Shown: piece after piece, positions 27,495 through 38,155 of the stretch
Numbering within the stretch: position 1 is the first letter of the stretch
Layout: every line of letters begins with the position of its first letter
From: Desulfosudaceae bacterium
Lineage (GTDB): Bacteria > Desulfobacterota > Desulfobacteria > Desulfobacterales > Desulfosudaceae
Assembly (NCBI GenBank): GCA_963674745.2
Contig: CAXXDV010000001.1
Span: forward strand, 2,336,001 to 2,400,000
DNA length: 64,000 nucleotides
Direction of reading: 5' to 3'
Program-made: the position numbers and the translations under genes
Notes under the pieces: generated by a model
Told to the model about the DNA's origin: nothing
What the model saw: the letters and a program-made list of their open reading frames with translations, nothing else
Database searches by the model: none

Positions 27495-28994
27495 ATGCGG
27501 ATTACATTTGTACACCTGGGAAGAGAGCATCTGGGGATTGAATATCTTTCCAGTATTCTCAAACAGCAGGGCCATGACGTCGCCCTGGCCTATGACCCGG
27601 GCCTGTTCGGGCCGGAAGACAATGTCTTTTATATCCCGTTTCTGCAGAAACTGTTTGATCAACGGCAGCAGGTGGTCTCGACTGTCAGGTCCTCTGCGCC
27701 GGACGTGGTCGCCTTTACCGTATACACCGGAACCTACCAGTGGGCCTGTGGCATCGCCAGGGAAATCCGCCGACATCTGGATGTGCCGATTGTTTTCGGC
27801 GGCAGCCACGCCACACTTGTTCCAGAGGTGGTCATCAGCAATGATGAGATTGATTTCGTGATCGAGGGTGAGGGGTTTCATGCCTTTCCCCAGCTGATCG
27901 ACGCCCTGGCTTCGGGTGGTGACCGGCTGGATGAGGTGAACAATCTGTGGTTCAAACAAAACGGTTCCGTCAAACGGGGCCGCCTGGCGCCGCCGCTGGC
28001 GGATCTTGACCGGCTGCCCTTTCCCGACAAGACATTATTTGAAAACGATGTCAATTATATTGATGATTACGTGATTATCACCAGCCTGGGATGTGTCTTT
28101 AATTGCAGTTACTGCTGTGAAAGTTACCTCAACCGGCTTTATCAGCATAAATATTTTCGCCGCCGGAGCGTAAAGTCCGTTATTGATGAATTGATTGTCA
28201 TGAAAGCCAGATATCATTTTAAAGAAGTCATGTTTAACGACGCGCTTTTTTTTACAGACAAAGCCTGGCTCCGGGATCTGATAACCGAGTACAGGCGAGT
28301 GATTAATGTGCCCTTCCGGTGTTTCGGTAAGGTTTCTCATCTGGATGACGATATCTGTCGTTTGCTGAAAGCCGGCGGATGTTACTGTATCGAATTCGGT
28401 ATGCAGACCTGGAATGAACATTTGAAAAAAAAGGTGCTGCATCGCAATGAAACCAATGTCCGGGCGCTGGAAGCTTTCAAGCGCTGTGACAGGTTCGGGC
28501 TGCGATATGATATCGACCATATCTTCGGTCTGCCGGGCGAGACAACCCGGGACCATACTGATGGCCTTTATTTTTACAGCCAGCTTAAACTGTTAAATAG
28601 AATCAAATGCCACAATTTAACCTATTTCCCGAAGACGGCCATTACGCAATACGCCCTGGATCACCATTTGTTGGCAGAAGAAGAGATGACCAGGCTTGAA
28701 CAGGGTGACATCTCCGATTTTTTTCACGGTGACGCCATCAGGGACAGCACGCTGAAAACGGCCAAAGACGCCTTTTCAAAATGTTATAAATGGCTGCCGA
28801 TTATTCCAAAATTTATCATTCGGAGACTGATCCGAAGCGAGAATTGGAAGTGGTTTGGCGCCATACCCGGGCCGCTCATTATTCTCGGCCAGCTGCTGGT
28901 GGCCGTCAAAGGACGGGATTATCGTTACCTGATATATTTAAAATATTATCCGCTGAGGATCAGACAGTCGTTAAGGAGAATGCGGACCGGTTAG
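27495..28994 (+). CDS. B12-binding domain radical SAM protein
   Basis: HLGIEYLSS, GGSHATL, GEG, TSLGCVFNCSYC, FGMQT, FGLPGET. Confidence 0.93.
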   Translation: MRITFVHLGREHLGIEYLSSILKQQGHDVALAYDPGLFGPEDNVFYIPFLQKLFDQRQQVVSTVRSSAPDVVAFTVYTGTYQWACGIAREIRRHLDVPIVFGGSHATLVPEVVISNDEIDFVIEGEGFHAFPQLIDALASGGDRLDEVNNLWFKQNGSVKRGRLAPPLADLDRLPFPDKTLFENDVNYIDDYVIITSLGCVFNCSYCCESYLNRLYQHKYFRRRSVKSVIDELIVMKARYHFKEVMFNDALFFTDKAWLRDLITEYRRVINVPFRCFGKVSHLDDDICRLLKAGGCYCIEFGMQTWNEHLKKKVLHRNETNVRALEAFKRCDRFGLRYDIDHIFGLPGETTRDHTDGLYFYSQLKLLNRIKCHNLTYFPKTAITQYALDHHLLAEEEMTRLEQGDISDFFHGDAIRDSTLKTAKDAFSKCYKWLPIIPKFIIRRLIRSENWKWFGAIPGPLIILGQLLVAVKGRDYRYLIYLKYYPLRIRQSLRRMRTG

Positions 28995-29021
28995 CCGGTC
29001 TTCGTCTCTACTCAAACGTAA

Positions 29022-30008
29022 ATGAAACAAATGAATATGTTCAAACCTGCCATCGGCCTGTTGCAGGCGAAACTGCTCAAGCGCAAGAAACCGCTTGTCG
29101 TCGGTTGGGCCATAACGGATCAATGCAACAGAAAGTGCGCCTATTGCGCCATATGGCGGCGTCCTGAGAGGGACCTGCCTCTGGAGCAGGTTACCGCCAT
29201 TATTGATGACCTGGCCGAAGCAGGTGCCCTGAGGATTTCATTTACCGGCGGAGAGCCGCTGTTAAGACAGGACATGGGGGATATTATCAGCTATGCTCAT
29301 GAAAAGGGCATAGAAACAAAAATGAACTCCAACGGTTCGCTGGTGAAAGAGAAAATAGATGCGTTGCGCCACCTGGACCTGCTGACCTTGAGCCTGGACG
29401 GACCGATGGAAATTCATGACGCTATCCGCGGCCGGGGGGCTTTTGCCGACGTGCAGGCGGCTCTGCGGGCGGCGCGGGAACAGGGGGTTAAAACCAGCCT
29501 GGCCACGGTGTTGACGTCGACCAATCTTGACGCTGTCGACGCCATTCTCGATATTGCCCGTCAGGCGTCGTGCCGGGTCACGTTTCAGCCGGCAACGACA
29601 ATGCGCCTGGGCGGGCAGATTAAAAACGACCTGACACCGCCGGCAGGACCGTATCGGGAAACCCTGAATCATCTGATTATCAGGAAAAAAGCCGGAGATC
29701 AGCATATCGCCAATTCTGTTTCCGGATTAAGCCATCTTCAAAAATGGCCGGAACCAACCAGCATGGCATGTGCCAGCGGCTGGATCAGTTGCCGGATAGA
29801 ACCTGACGGGAGCGTCCTGTATTGCAGTCGGGAATCGTTTCCTTTTCAACCCGGCAATTGCGTTGAGGCGTCGTTTCAGGAAGCGTTTAATAAATTGCGG
29901 CCGGTGGTTTGCAATGATTGCTGGTGCGCCGCAAGGGTGGAGCTTAACCTGGCCTACGCGCTTAACCTGCCGGTGCTTTTAAACCTAGTAAACAACCGGG
30001 TTGACTAA
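29022..30008 (+). CDS. Radical SAM protein with C-terminal twitch/SPASM-like Cys cluster
   Basis: CNRKCAYC, FTGGEPLLR, SLDG, and C-terminal CASG...C.I.PDG.V.YC...CNDC.C. Confidence 0.9.
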   Translation: MKQMNMFKPAIGLLQAKLLKRKKPLVVGWAITDQCNRKCAYCAIWRRPERDLPLEQVTAIIDDLAEAGALRISFTGGEPLLRQDMGDIISYAHEKGIETKMNSNGSLVKEKIDALRHLDLLTLSLDGPMEIHDAIRGRGAFADVQAALRAAREQGVKTSLATVLTSTNLDAVDAILDIARQASCRVTFQPATTMRLGGQIKNDLTPPAGPYRETLNHLIIRKKAGDQHIANSVSGLSHLQKWPEPTSMACASGWISCRIEPDGSVLYCSRESFPFQPGNCVEASFQEAFNKLRPVVCNDCWCAARVELNLAYALNLPVLLNLVNNRVD

Positions 30009-30989
30009 TTGCCAAGTAACGTTATCAAAAAACTTCGTTTTGTGCTTCCGCTGGCGGTTTCATTTCTGATTCTTTTTCTGTTGTCCCTGAAAATAGATGT
30101 CGCGAAAATCGTAGATTCGCTGCGGGGGTGCGATCTGAGACTGGTTGGCCTGGCCGTGACCGTCTCCCTGTTTGTGAATATACTGGTTGGTGCCGAAAAA
30201 TGGCGTCAGATTCTGGCCGCCCTGGGCTGTTCCCTTTCTTTTCGGGAAACAATTTCCATTCGCACCGCCTGCATCCCGTTTAAAATTCTTTTACCGCTTA
30301 AGTCTTCAGAATTATTAAAAGCCGTGTACCTGGACAGGCGTCGGAGACTATCATTTGCCAGGGCCACCGGATCACTAATAATTGATAAGGCTCTAAATAT
30401 ATTGGTGATAATTCCAATAGCCGCAGTCGGTCTGACCATGGTGGATCTTCCCGTTTCCAGAAGTATGCTGTTTGCTCTGTTGTCCGTTATTCTGGTGTTG
30501 ATTCTGCTGACAGTTTATTCGGTTATGTTCAGGCAGGGGCTGATCAGCCTGGCTTCAAAAATACATTCCCGCCTGAACGGTTTTGCGGTTGACCTGCTAA
30601 GCGGTTTTGCCGAGATCGGACCGGGCCGGAAAACCATTCTGTTGTTTTTTTCTTTTATCTTTCAGTCTTCTGAATTTATAAATACGTTTATCCTTTTAAA
30701 AGCGGTCGGCGTTACGGTTCCGATTTATTATTTGATGGTTATCATTCCAGTGATTATGATTATCAACAACTTGCCGATTACAGCTCTCGGCCTGGGTACC
30801 CGGGAAATTGCCATCGTTTATTTTTTTTCGGCGTTCGGCCCGGCGGCCGCTCTCCTTAGTGCCGGTATTTTGGTCTCTCTGGTTGAATATGTTCTGCCGG
30901 TTTTAACCGGCCTGTTGTTTATGCGTTCTTTTCAAGCCTATTTTACAATTAAAAATGACGCACTTTTTACTGAAACGGCGGCAAAATGA
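30009..30989 (+). CDS. Flippase-like / lysylphosphatidylglycerol-synthase TM-domain protein
   Basis: About 8 TM segments, KWRQIL, LPLKSSELLKAVYL, LPITALGLGTRE. Confidence 0.82.
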   Translation: MPSNVIKKLRFVLPLAVSFLILFLLSLKIDVAKIVDSLRGCDLRLVGLAVTVSLFVNILVGAEKWRQILAALGCSLSFRETISIRTACIPFKILLPLKSSELLKAVYLDRRRRLSFARATGSLIIDKALNILVIIPIAAVGLTMVDLPVSRSMLFALLSVILVLILLTVYSVMFRQGLISLASKIHSRLNGFAVDLLSGFAEIGPGRKTILLFFSFIFQSSEFINTFILLKAVGVTVPIYYLMVIIPVIMIINNLPITALGLGTREIAIVYFFSAFGPAAALLSAGILVSLVEYVLPVLTGLLFMRSFQAYFTIKNDALFTETAAK

Positions 30990-32383
30990 AAATAGTTCTG
31001 GTTAACCCGCGTTCACGAAATCCCGAGGAGCTTCAGCAGAAATGTTTTGCGCCGGTTAACCTGCTTTACCTGGCCGCTTCGCTGCTGGAGAATAATTTTG
31101 AAGTGGATGTTGTGGACGCCAATGCTTACGGGTTGTCCGATAAGGCTGTGGCAGAACTGGTCGGGGGGAAAAAACCTGATTTGATCGGCGTCTCCTTGCT
31201 GTCTGAAACAATGCCGCGGACTTTTACCTTGAGTGAACGCCTTAAGCAGTCCTGCCCCCGGGCGACACTTCTGCTCGGCGGCCCACACGCCAACGCCATG
31301 CCGGAAGCGGTTTTGGAAGAATTTACCCATGTCGATCTGGTTTTGACAGGCGAATGCGAACAGCGCCTGGTGACACTTTGCCGGACAATTGAGCAAAACG
31401 GCAATCTCGGCCGTGTTCCGGGACTGTTTTACCGCCAGGAGAAAAGAGTCGTCGGCACAGAAGGGGATGATTCAATCAAAGCGCTGGACAGTCTGCCCGC
31501 CCCGGCGCGTCATCTCCTGTCGGACGCTTATCAATCCGACCGTTATTACATGATTCTTGAAAAAGAGCGGCCGGTGGAAACCCTGCTGACCAGCAGGGGC
31601 TGTCCCTTTCAATGCGCGTTCTGCAGTAACATTCCGGGGGCTTTCAGGGCCAGGTCACCGGAAAATGTGGTGGCGGAAATCGTCGAGCGGTATACGGCCG
31701 GGATAACCAATTTTGATATTGCTGACGCCAATTTTACACACGACCCCGATCGGGCGATGCGGATTTTTGATTTGATCATACGGGAGAAGCTCGATATTTC
31801 TTTCCGGTTTAAGAGCCGGACAACGGTAATCCGTGAAGAACTGATGGATAAAGCCCGGCGGGCAGGTGCTTATCTGGTCTCCATGGGCATGGAATCCGGA
31901 TCGCAGGAGATCCTGCGGCGTATGAACAAAAAAACACGGCTCCAAGCGAATGTGAAGGCTTGTGAAACCGTGTTAAAGGCAGGCCTGAAGTTGAACACCG
32001 GCTGGATCATCGGTTTTCCGGGGGAGACACCAGAGACGATACAAGAGACAGTAAGGTTGATCGTGAATGTAAAACCGACAACCGCTAATATTCTGCGGTT
32101 GATACCTTATCCGGGCACACAGGTGTACGAAGAAGCCCGGGCTGAGAACCGCCTGGTCGGCGACTGGTCGGCCAACCGGACTTTTACACCCTGGATAAAA
32201 CTGCCCTGGATAGAATCTCTTTTTGACCTTGAAAAACAAACTCAGCAGGCCATTAACCGGGTGTATTTCCGGCCTCATTACGTATTTTTATTTGCAAATG
32301 AGATTTTAAAGAATGCCAACAGCATGCTGGCCAGGTATGCCATTCAGGAGGCGGGTAAAGCCCTCGGCAGCGTGTTTCGTTGA
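30986..32383 (+). CDS. B12-binding domain radical SAM protein
   Basis: LLYLAASL, GGPHAN, TGECE, TSRGCPFQCAFC, GMESGS, IGFPGET, PYPGT. Confidence 0.93.
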   Translation: MKIVLVNPRSRNPEELQQKCFAPVNLLYLAASLLENNFEVDVVDANAYGLSDKAVAELVGGKKPDLIGVSLLSETMPRTFTLSERLKQSCPRATLLLGGPHANAMPEAVLEEFTHVDLVLTGECEQRLVTLCRTIEQNGNLGRVPGLFYRQEKRVVGTEGDDSIKALDSLPAPARHLLSDAYQSDRYYMILEKERPVETLLTSRGCPFQCAFCSNIPGAFRARSPENVVAEIVERYTAGITNFDIADANFTHDPDRAMRIFDLIIREKLDISFRFKSRTTVIREELMDKARRAGAYLVSMGMESGSQEILRRMNKKTRLQANVKACETVLKAGLKLNTGWIIGFPGETPETIQETVRLIVNVKPTTANILRLIPYPGTQVYEEARAENRLVGDWSANRTFTPWIKLPWIESLFDLEKQTQQAINRVYFRPHYVFLFANEILKNANSMLARYAIQEAGKALGSVFR

Positions 32384-32438
32384 AAATTACCGGGGTGGGG
32401 CACTTTTAAAAAAAACAAGAACAGGCAGAAATTCAGAC

Positions 32439-34136
32439 ATGATTACCAATGCGACTTTAAAATCACGCATCGTGCCGGTATTTGTACTGTCGGTTGTGTG
32501 TCTGGCGCTTTTTTCTAACACCTTCACCAACGAATTGGTCTGGGATGACCCGGAAATTATCACCGAGAACGTTTATATCCGTGACTGTAAAAACATCTTT
32601 CTTTTTTTTACCCCTCATTATTGGAACGAATTGCATCCAGATCCAAGTCTATACCGACCATTGCGTACCATATCTTTTACCCTTGATCACGCGCTTTGGG
32701 GATTAAACCCGACCGGGTATCATATCACCAATGTTTTACTACATGTGGCAAACGTTTTGCTTGTTTTTTACCTGACGACTATTATCACGAAAACGCGCAA
32801 TGCCGGGTCTTCGGCCGGGCGCTCCGCACAAAAGGGCTTCCTTAGCCCGGCTTTTTTAACAGCCCTGTTGTTTGCCGCTCATCCGATTCATACGGAATCG
32901 ATCAATTTTGTCAAGAATCGTTCCGACTTGATGGCGTTTCTGTTTTTTTTCTTATCGGCACTGCTGTTTATAAAATCATTTTCAGCAGCCGGCCGTAAGT
33001 CCCGAGGGATACGCATTGTAGGCGCCTGGCTGTTGTTTGTCCCGGCGGTGTTGTCAAAGGAAATAGCTCTGACCCTGCCCGGGGTGTTGGTGTTATACGC
33101 CGTCTGCTTTTTGCCACGCCCGGACCGGAGAACGGCGTTGGCCTGGATTGTTCCCTACGGTCTGATGATTCTGATATTCTTCTGGACCATTCAGACCTTT
33201 ATTGCATCTGTCGGCCCGCTCCCTGCCGGCCCCCCCATGCCTCGAGGGGTCGGCCAGCATCTACTGACGGTCGTAAAGACCACGGGGATTTATTTTAAGT
33301 TGCTGGTATTGCCCTTCCCGCTTAGCGCCGACCGGGCGTTTATCGTTCCGACCGGCGTGTCCAGCCCTGCCGTCCTGGCGTCCCTGCTGGCGGTCTTGTT
33401 TTTGCTGATCGTTGCCGCCCGTACTTACCGGCGGGCGCCGATTGTATGCTTTGCCATCGGCTGGATCTTATTGACCCTGGTGCCTGTAAGCAATTTGGTG
33501 TTTCTGGTGTCCCGGCCCATTGCCGAACAGCGCCTGTATCTCCCTTCGTTCGGTTTTTGTCTGCTGATTGGTTATGGAATTGAGCGGTTGGCCTGTTTCG
33601 GGCCCCAAAAAGGGGGGCGTCCCTGGCCGATTCTCGCAGGCATTGCACTGACTGTGAGTATCGTCGCGTTATACGCTGTTGCTACCGTTCAGCGGAATTT
33701 TCAGTGGCGGAGCAATGTCGCTTTTTGCGCCAGCACTGTGGCTGCCAATCCGTTCAGCATCAGGATGCGATACAATTACGGCAATGCTTTGAGCGATATC
33801 GGGGCATATGAAGAAGCCATCAGACAGTACCAAACCGCGCTACATATGAAATCGGACTATCTGGAGGCACATTACAATCTGGGTGTCACCTATTATAAGA
33901 TCGGACACCACGATAAGGCTGTCCATCATTACCGGGCGGTGCTGGCGCTGGAACCGGATAATATCGATGCCCTGAACAATATGGGCGTCGCTTTTTATGA
34001 CAGCGGTCGCCTGAAAGAGGCCCTTGAATGTTTTCGGGAAGTGCTCAGGCTGTCACCTGACGATGTCAAGGCTGAACGAAACATGAAAGATGTTCTGGCA
34101 GACCTGGACCGTTTGGAGACGTCTGCCGAACCGTAA
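32439..34136 (+). CDS. TMTC-like GT-C membrane glycosyltransferase with C-terminal TPRs
   Basis: VWDD, YRPL, YHITNVLLH, HPIHTE..NRSD, LSKE, AEQRLYLPS, plus three TPR repeats (YNYGNAL, HYNLGV, LNNMGV). Confidence 0.85.
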   Translation: MITNATLKSRIVPVFVLSVVCLALFSNTFTNELVWDDPEIITENVYIRDCKNIFLFFTPHYWNELHPDPSLYRPLRTISFTLDHALWGLNPTGYHITNVLLHVANVLLVFYLTTIITKTRNAGSSAGRSAQKGFLSPAFLTALLFAAHPIHTESINFVKNRSDLMAFLFFFLSALLFIKSFSAAGRKSRGIRIVGAWLLFVPAVLSKEIALTLPGVLVLYAVCFLPRPDRRTALAWIVPYGLMILIFFWTIQTFIASVGPLPAGPPMPRGVGQHLLTVVKTTGIYFKLLVLPFPLSADRAFIVPTGVSSPAVLASLLAVLFLLIVAARTYRRAPIVCFAIGWILLTLVPVSNLVFLVSRPIAEQRLYLPSFGFCLLIGYGIERLACFGPQKGGRPWPILAGIALTVSIVALYAVATVQRNFQWRSNVAFCASTVAANPFSIRMRYNYGNALSDIGAYEEAIRQYQTALHMKSDYLEAHYNLGVTYYKIGHHDKAVHHYRAVLALEPDNIDALNNMGVAFYDSGRLKEALECFREVLRLSPDDVKAERNMKDVLADLDRLETSAEP

Positions 34137-34218
34137 TGTATATTTATAGCCCATCAGTGTGGCTTTGTGTAACGCAGGACGCTACGAAGAAGCCGTCAGT
34201 CATTTTCAAGCCGGCCTG

Positions 34219-34803
34219 TTATGAAAACAACGGCTGCAGGGCCATGGCAAAAGCCATTTCGCCTTCAATCTGCAGTTTGCCGCTCATGAACATCTGAATA
34301 GGTGTGTCCTGACGGGCTGTCAGGGCCCTGGCGTCCTCCATTGCCAGTTTGAGCGTGACTGCCGGCTGCGGGGCGCCGTTGAATGTGGCCGTAATTTCAG
34401 CTTCCGAGCCGTCCGGCTGTGCCAGCTTGAAAACAGCGGTTCCCTTAAGCCCTGCCAGAACACCATACTGCTGACGGGAAGCCTGTCCGCCGGAGATCTG
34501 GCCCTGCATTCCCAGCAGCATGTCGATATTTTTCATGTCTGCCAGTATGGCCATGCTTTCTACCGGGATGGACAGGAGAACCATGGGGTTTTCAATATCG
34601 CCTTCCTTGACGTCAAACGTCTGGCCGTCCTTGATGGTATAGCTGTAGCGGTTTCCCGAAGCATCCACGGTCAGGGTCAATGTCGTACCGGCCAGCGCTT
34701 CGTCCGGACCGTTTAAGGCAATAAACTGCCGGGCCAGCTTGGGAATAAACTCGGTTAACAGTTCGGCGACATCAACGGTAATGGTAAAGGTTTTTTCTGC
34801 CAT
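34219..34803 (-). CDS. SCP2 sterol/lipid-binding domain protein
   Basis: C-terminal PIQMFMSGKLQIEGEMAFAMAL SCP2 signature. The N-terminal half is also SCP2-like. GGAGG RBS before ATG 34803. Confidence 0.8.
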   Translation of the reverse strand: MAEKTFTITVDVAELLTEFIPKLARQFIALNGPDEALAGTTLTLTVDASGNRYSYTIKDGQTFDVKEGDIENPMVLLSIPVESMAILADMKNIDMLLGMQGQISGGQASRQQYGVLAGLKGTAVFKLAQPDGSEAEITATFNGAPQPAVTLKLAMEDARALTARQDTPIQMFMSGKLQIEGEMAFAMALQPLFS

Positions 34804-34820
34804 GACTTTCCTCCGATTGC

Positions 34821-35300
34821 TCAAGAGACACCGCGTCCCAGAATTTTTGTCATGATTTCCAGAGAAAGCTGTTCCGCGTCGTGTTGGATGGTCTTTTTAG
34901 CCGTTGCCACCTGGGCTTTGACCTCGTTCTGGGTGTTTTCCTTGAGGTCTGTTATGGTTTTCCGGGCTGTATCGACAACGTCTTTTGCCTGGTCGTTGGC
35001 TACGGTTTCCAGTTCGCTTTTCAAGGTCTGGCCTTCCTGCCGGGCGGAAGCTTCTTTTTCCTTCAGTTGTGCCATCAAATCCGTTGCTTTTTTCTGAGCG
35101 GTCTTGATGTCACTGTCCAGCTCGTTCAGATGGCCTTCTCGTTTGCGAATGGTATCGTTCAGGGGACGAAACATCAACCGGTTTAAAATCATCACAAAAA
35201 TCAGAAAAGACACCAGAATCACAACAAGCGTTTCATTGATTGTGATCATACCGTTGGTGTAGGCGACCGAGAAGATATCGTTGGAGTATAAAATTTCCAC
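34821..35300 (-). CDS. atpF: ATP synthase F0 subunit b/b'
   Basis: INETL...FLIF...LNRLMFRPL...KRE, then a charged coiled coil ending KILGR. Confidence 0.88.
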   Translation of the reverse strand: MEILYSNDIFSVAYTNGMITINETLVVILVSFLIFVMILNRLMFRPLNDTIRKREGHLNELDSDIKTAQKKATDLMAQLKEKEASARQEGQTLKSELETVANDQAKDVVDTARKTITDLKENTQNEVKAQVATAKKTIQHDAEQLSLEIMTKILGRGVS

Positions 35301-35352
35301 GCCGTACTACCTTTATTATATCGAGTTAAATCAAAATGTTAATAAATACCCA

Positions 35353-35469
35353 GCCGATTTTTGCTGCATTTTTTGGGCAAGGCAGGCGAAAAATTCAACC
35401 ACAGGCAAATAAACCGTATTTTAACGGCTGGAATTTTCGCCTGCCATAAAGATCGGCAAAACAGCAGCA
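35353..35469. repeat. Long imperfect hairpin, degenerate relative of the 23937 MITE core
   Basis: GGCAGGCGAAAAATTC ... GAATTTTCGCCTGCC inverted repeat. Shares CAAGGC..GCGAAAA, GTATTT and ATCGG..AAAA blocks with the MITE. Confidence 0.6.
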
Positions 35470-35481
35470 CACGAAAAAGGA

Positions 35482-35724
35482 CTAGACGACGAAGAGCAGC
35501 AGCAATGCCACCACCAGAGAGTAAATACCGGTGGATTCGGTTACCGCCTGCCCGACCAGCATGGTCCGGGTTAACAGACCGGCTTCAGAGGGATTTCTGC
35601 CGATGGCCTCACAGGCTTTGGCCGCAGCCATTCCTTCGCCGACGCCGGGTCCGATGGCGCCCAGCCCCATGGCCAGTCCCGCACCCAAAAGAGCGCATGC
35701 TTCAACAATATTACCTTCGATCAT
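35482..35724 (-). CDS. atpE: ATP synthase F0 subunit c (single hairpin, Na+-type motif)
   Basis: GAIGPGVGEG, RNP loop, GQAVTESTGIY. Confidence 0.96.
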   Translation of the reverse strand: MIEGNIVEACALLGAGLAMGLGAIGPGVGEGMAAAKACEAIGRNPSEAGLLTRTMLVGQAVTESTGIYSLVVALLLLFVV

Positions 35725-35784
35725 TTTTTTCTCCTTCGCTATTATTTCCTATTCGCAATTAAGCCGGGGAAACACCCCCGAAAC

Positions 35785-36459
35785 TCAGTTTACCTGAACC
35801 GATATATATACGATGGTCAGCATGGTAAATACAAACGCCTGGATGGTACCGACAAACAATCCGAAAAAGAAACACAAAAACGGCGGCAGGACCAGGCTGT
35901 AGATCAAATGGGAAACCACCAGGATGATGATGGAGCCACCCATGATGTTTCCGAACAGACGAAAGGAAATGGATATGACCTTGGCCAGCTCACCGATGAC
36001 ATTCAACGGGAACATGATAAAAAAAGGCTCCATATATCCTTTCACGTAAGTTTTTATCCCTTTCTTTTTGATGCCGCAATAGTGGGCGATAACAAAACCC
36101 ATGATGCCCAGACTGAGCGGAACATTCAGGTCTTTAGTGGGCTCCTCAAGGAGCGGCACGATGCCCAGGGAGTTGGAGATCGCCAGAAACATGAACAGGG
36201 CGCAGATCATGGGTGCGTATTTTTTGGCCAGTTCTTTGTCCAGGGCGTCTTCCGCAAGGGCGTAAAGCTGTGATACAAAAAGTTCTCCCATCAACTGCAG
36301 GTTGCCTGGAACGAGGCTTTTTTTACGGGTTGCTAAAAAGGCAAATACGATCAATATACCCATGACCAGCCATGCCATCAGGATGACCTTAATATTAAAG
36401 TGCATGGTATAGTCGCCGACGGGAACGAGCAACTGGTATATTTTCCCGAGTTCATCCAT
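35785..36459 (-). CDS. atpB: ATP synthase F0 subunit a
   Basis: PTKDLN, SFRLFGNIMGG, IQAFVFTMLT. AGGAG RBS before ATG 36459. Confidence 0.96.
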   Translation of the reverse strand: MDELGKIYQLLVPVGDYTMHFNIKVILMAWLVMGILIVFAFLATRKKSLVPGNLQLMGELFVSQLYALAEDALDKELAKKYAPMICALFMFLAISNSLGIVPLLEEPTKDLNVPLSLGIMGFVIAHYCGIKKKGIKTYVKGYMEPFFIMFPLNVIGELAKVISISFRLFGNIMGGSIIILVVSHLIYSLVLPPFLCFFFGLFVGTIQAFVFTMLTIVYISVQVN

Positions 36460-36461
36460 TT

Positions 36462-36860
36462 CTATATATCTCCTGACAGTTTTTTGCGGAATCCGGCCCA
36501 TACCGGCGCGGTCAAGTAGTCCGCAAGAATACTCAACTGGACAAAAAAGAGTCCCGCTACGGTCGTTATCAGATTAAATTCAGTACGTTTTATGGCAATC
36601 ACCATGGGCACGGCCAATAAGACCATCCTGGCGCCGAGTGCCCCGGCGGCGATGACAGAGGCCGTTCTTCTGGTTTTTCCGATTTTCATGGGAATGGTGG
36701 CGCCCAGAGCGATAAAATTGACAATGCCGAACAGGCAGCCCAGGATCAAGCCCTTACCCATGGCGGTCAGGCCGCAGACGATTAAAGTGCCGCCGATGAT
36801 AATGGCGGCAATCAGTGCCCGGGAGCAGTACTTTTTTTCTGTCTGCCGGATGGCGTCCAT
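36462..36860 (-). CDS. atpI: ATP synthase subunit I (AtpI-like, 4 TM)
   Basis: Four hydrophobic helices, GLILGCLFGIVNF, position directly upstream of atpB. Confidence 0.8.
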   Translation of the reverse strand: MDAIRQTEKKYCSRALIAAIIIGGTLIVCGLTAMGKGLILGCLFGIVNFIALGATIPMKIGKTRRTASVIAAGALGARMVLLAVPMVIAIKRTEFNLITTVAGLFFVQLSILADYLTAPVWAGFRKKLSGDI

Positions 36861-37150
36861 CAATTTTTTCCTTCGCCGGACTCATCGTCCGTTTGAGTGG
36901 TGACGGCCATAATCTGGCGATAAACGACATTGGCCCCGCCAACAACACCCAGAATGGTGAAAACCGTTATAAAAATTCCTCTGGTGCCTAACCACCCATC
37001 AATTAAATAACCGATATAAAAACAAAATATAATGCACCCGGCCATTGTCAGGCCGATCTGCATGGTGATCTGCAGGTTTTCCGTCCAGGCGCTGTTTTTT
37101 TTAAAATCAAATTTAAACATGGCCGTTTCTGTTCGTCGGTCACCCGTCAT
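36860..37150 (-). CDS. AtpZ/AtpI-family (gene 1) protein
   Basis: QIGLTMAGCI...GYLIDGWLGT...GVVGG. Confidence 0.85.
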   Translation of the reverse strand: MTGDRRTETAMFKFDFKKNSAWTENLQITMQIGLTMAGCIIFCFYIGYLIDGWLGTRGIFITVFTILGVVGGANVVYRQIMAVTTQTDDESGEGKN

Positions 37151-37180
37151 TGTTTTTGTCGTCTGCCCGGAATATGTTTT

Positions 37181-38155
<975 letters not shown>

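Noticed and set aside
26004..34136. RiPP biosynthetic cluster interpretation of the radical SAM operon
   Set aside because: No precursor peptide, peptidase or RRE/PqqD gene was seen. The neighbours are flippase-like and GT-C genes.
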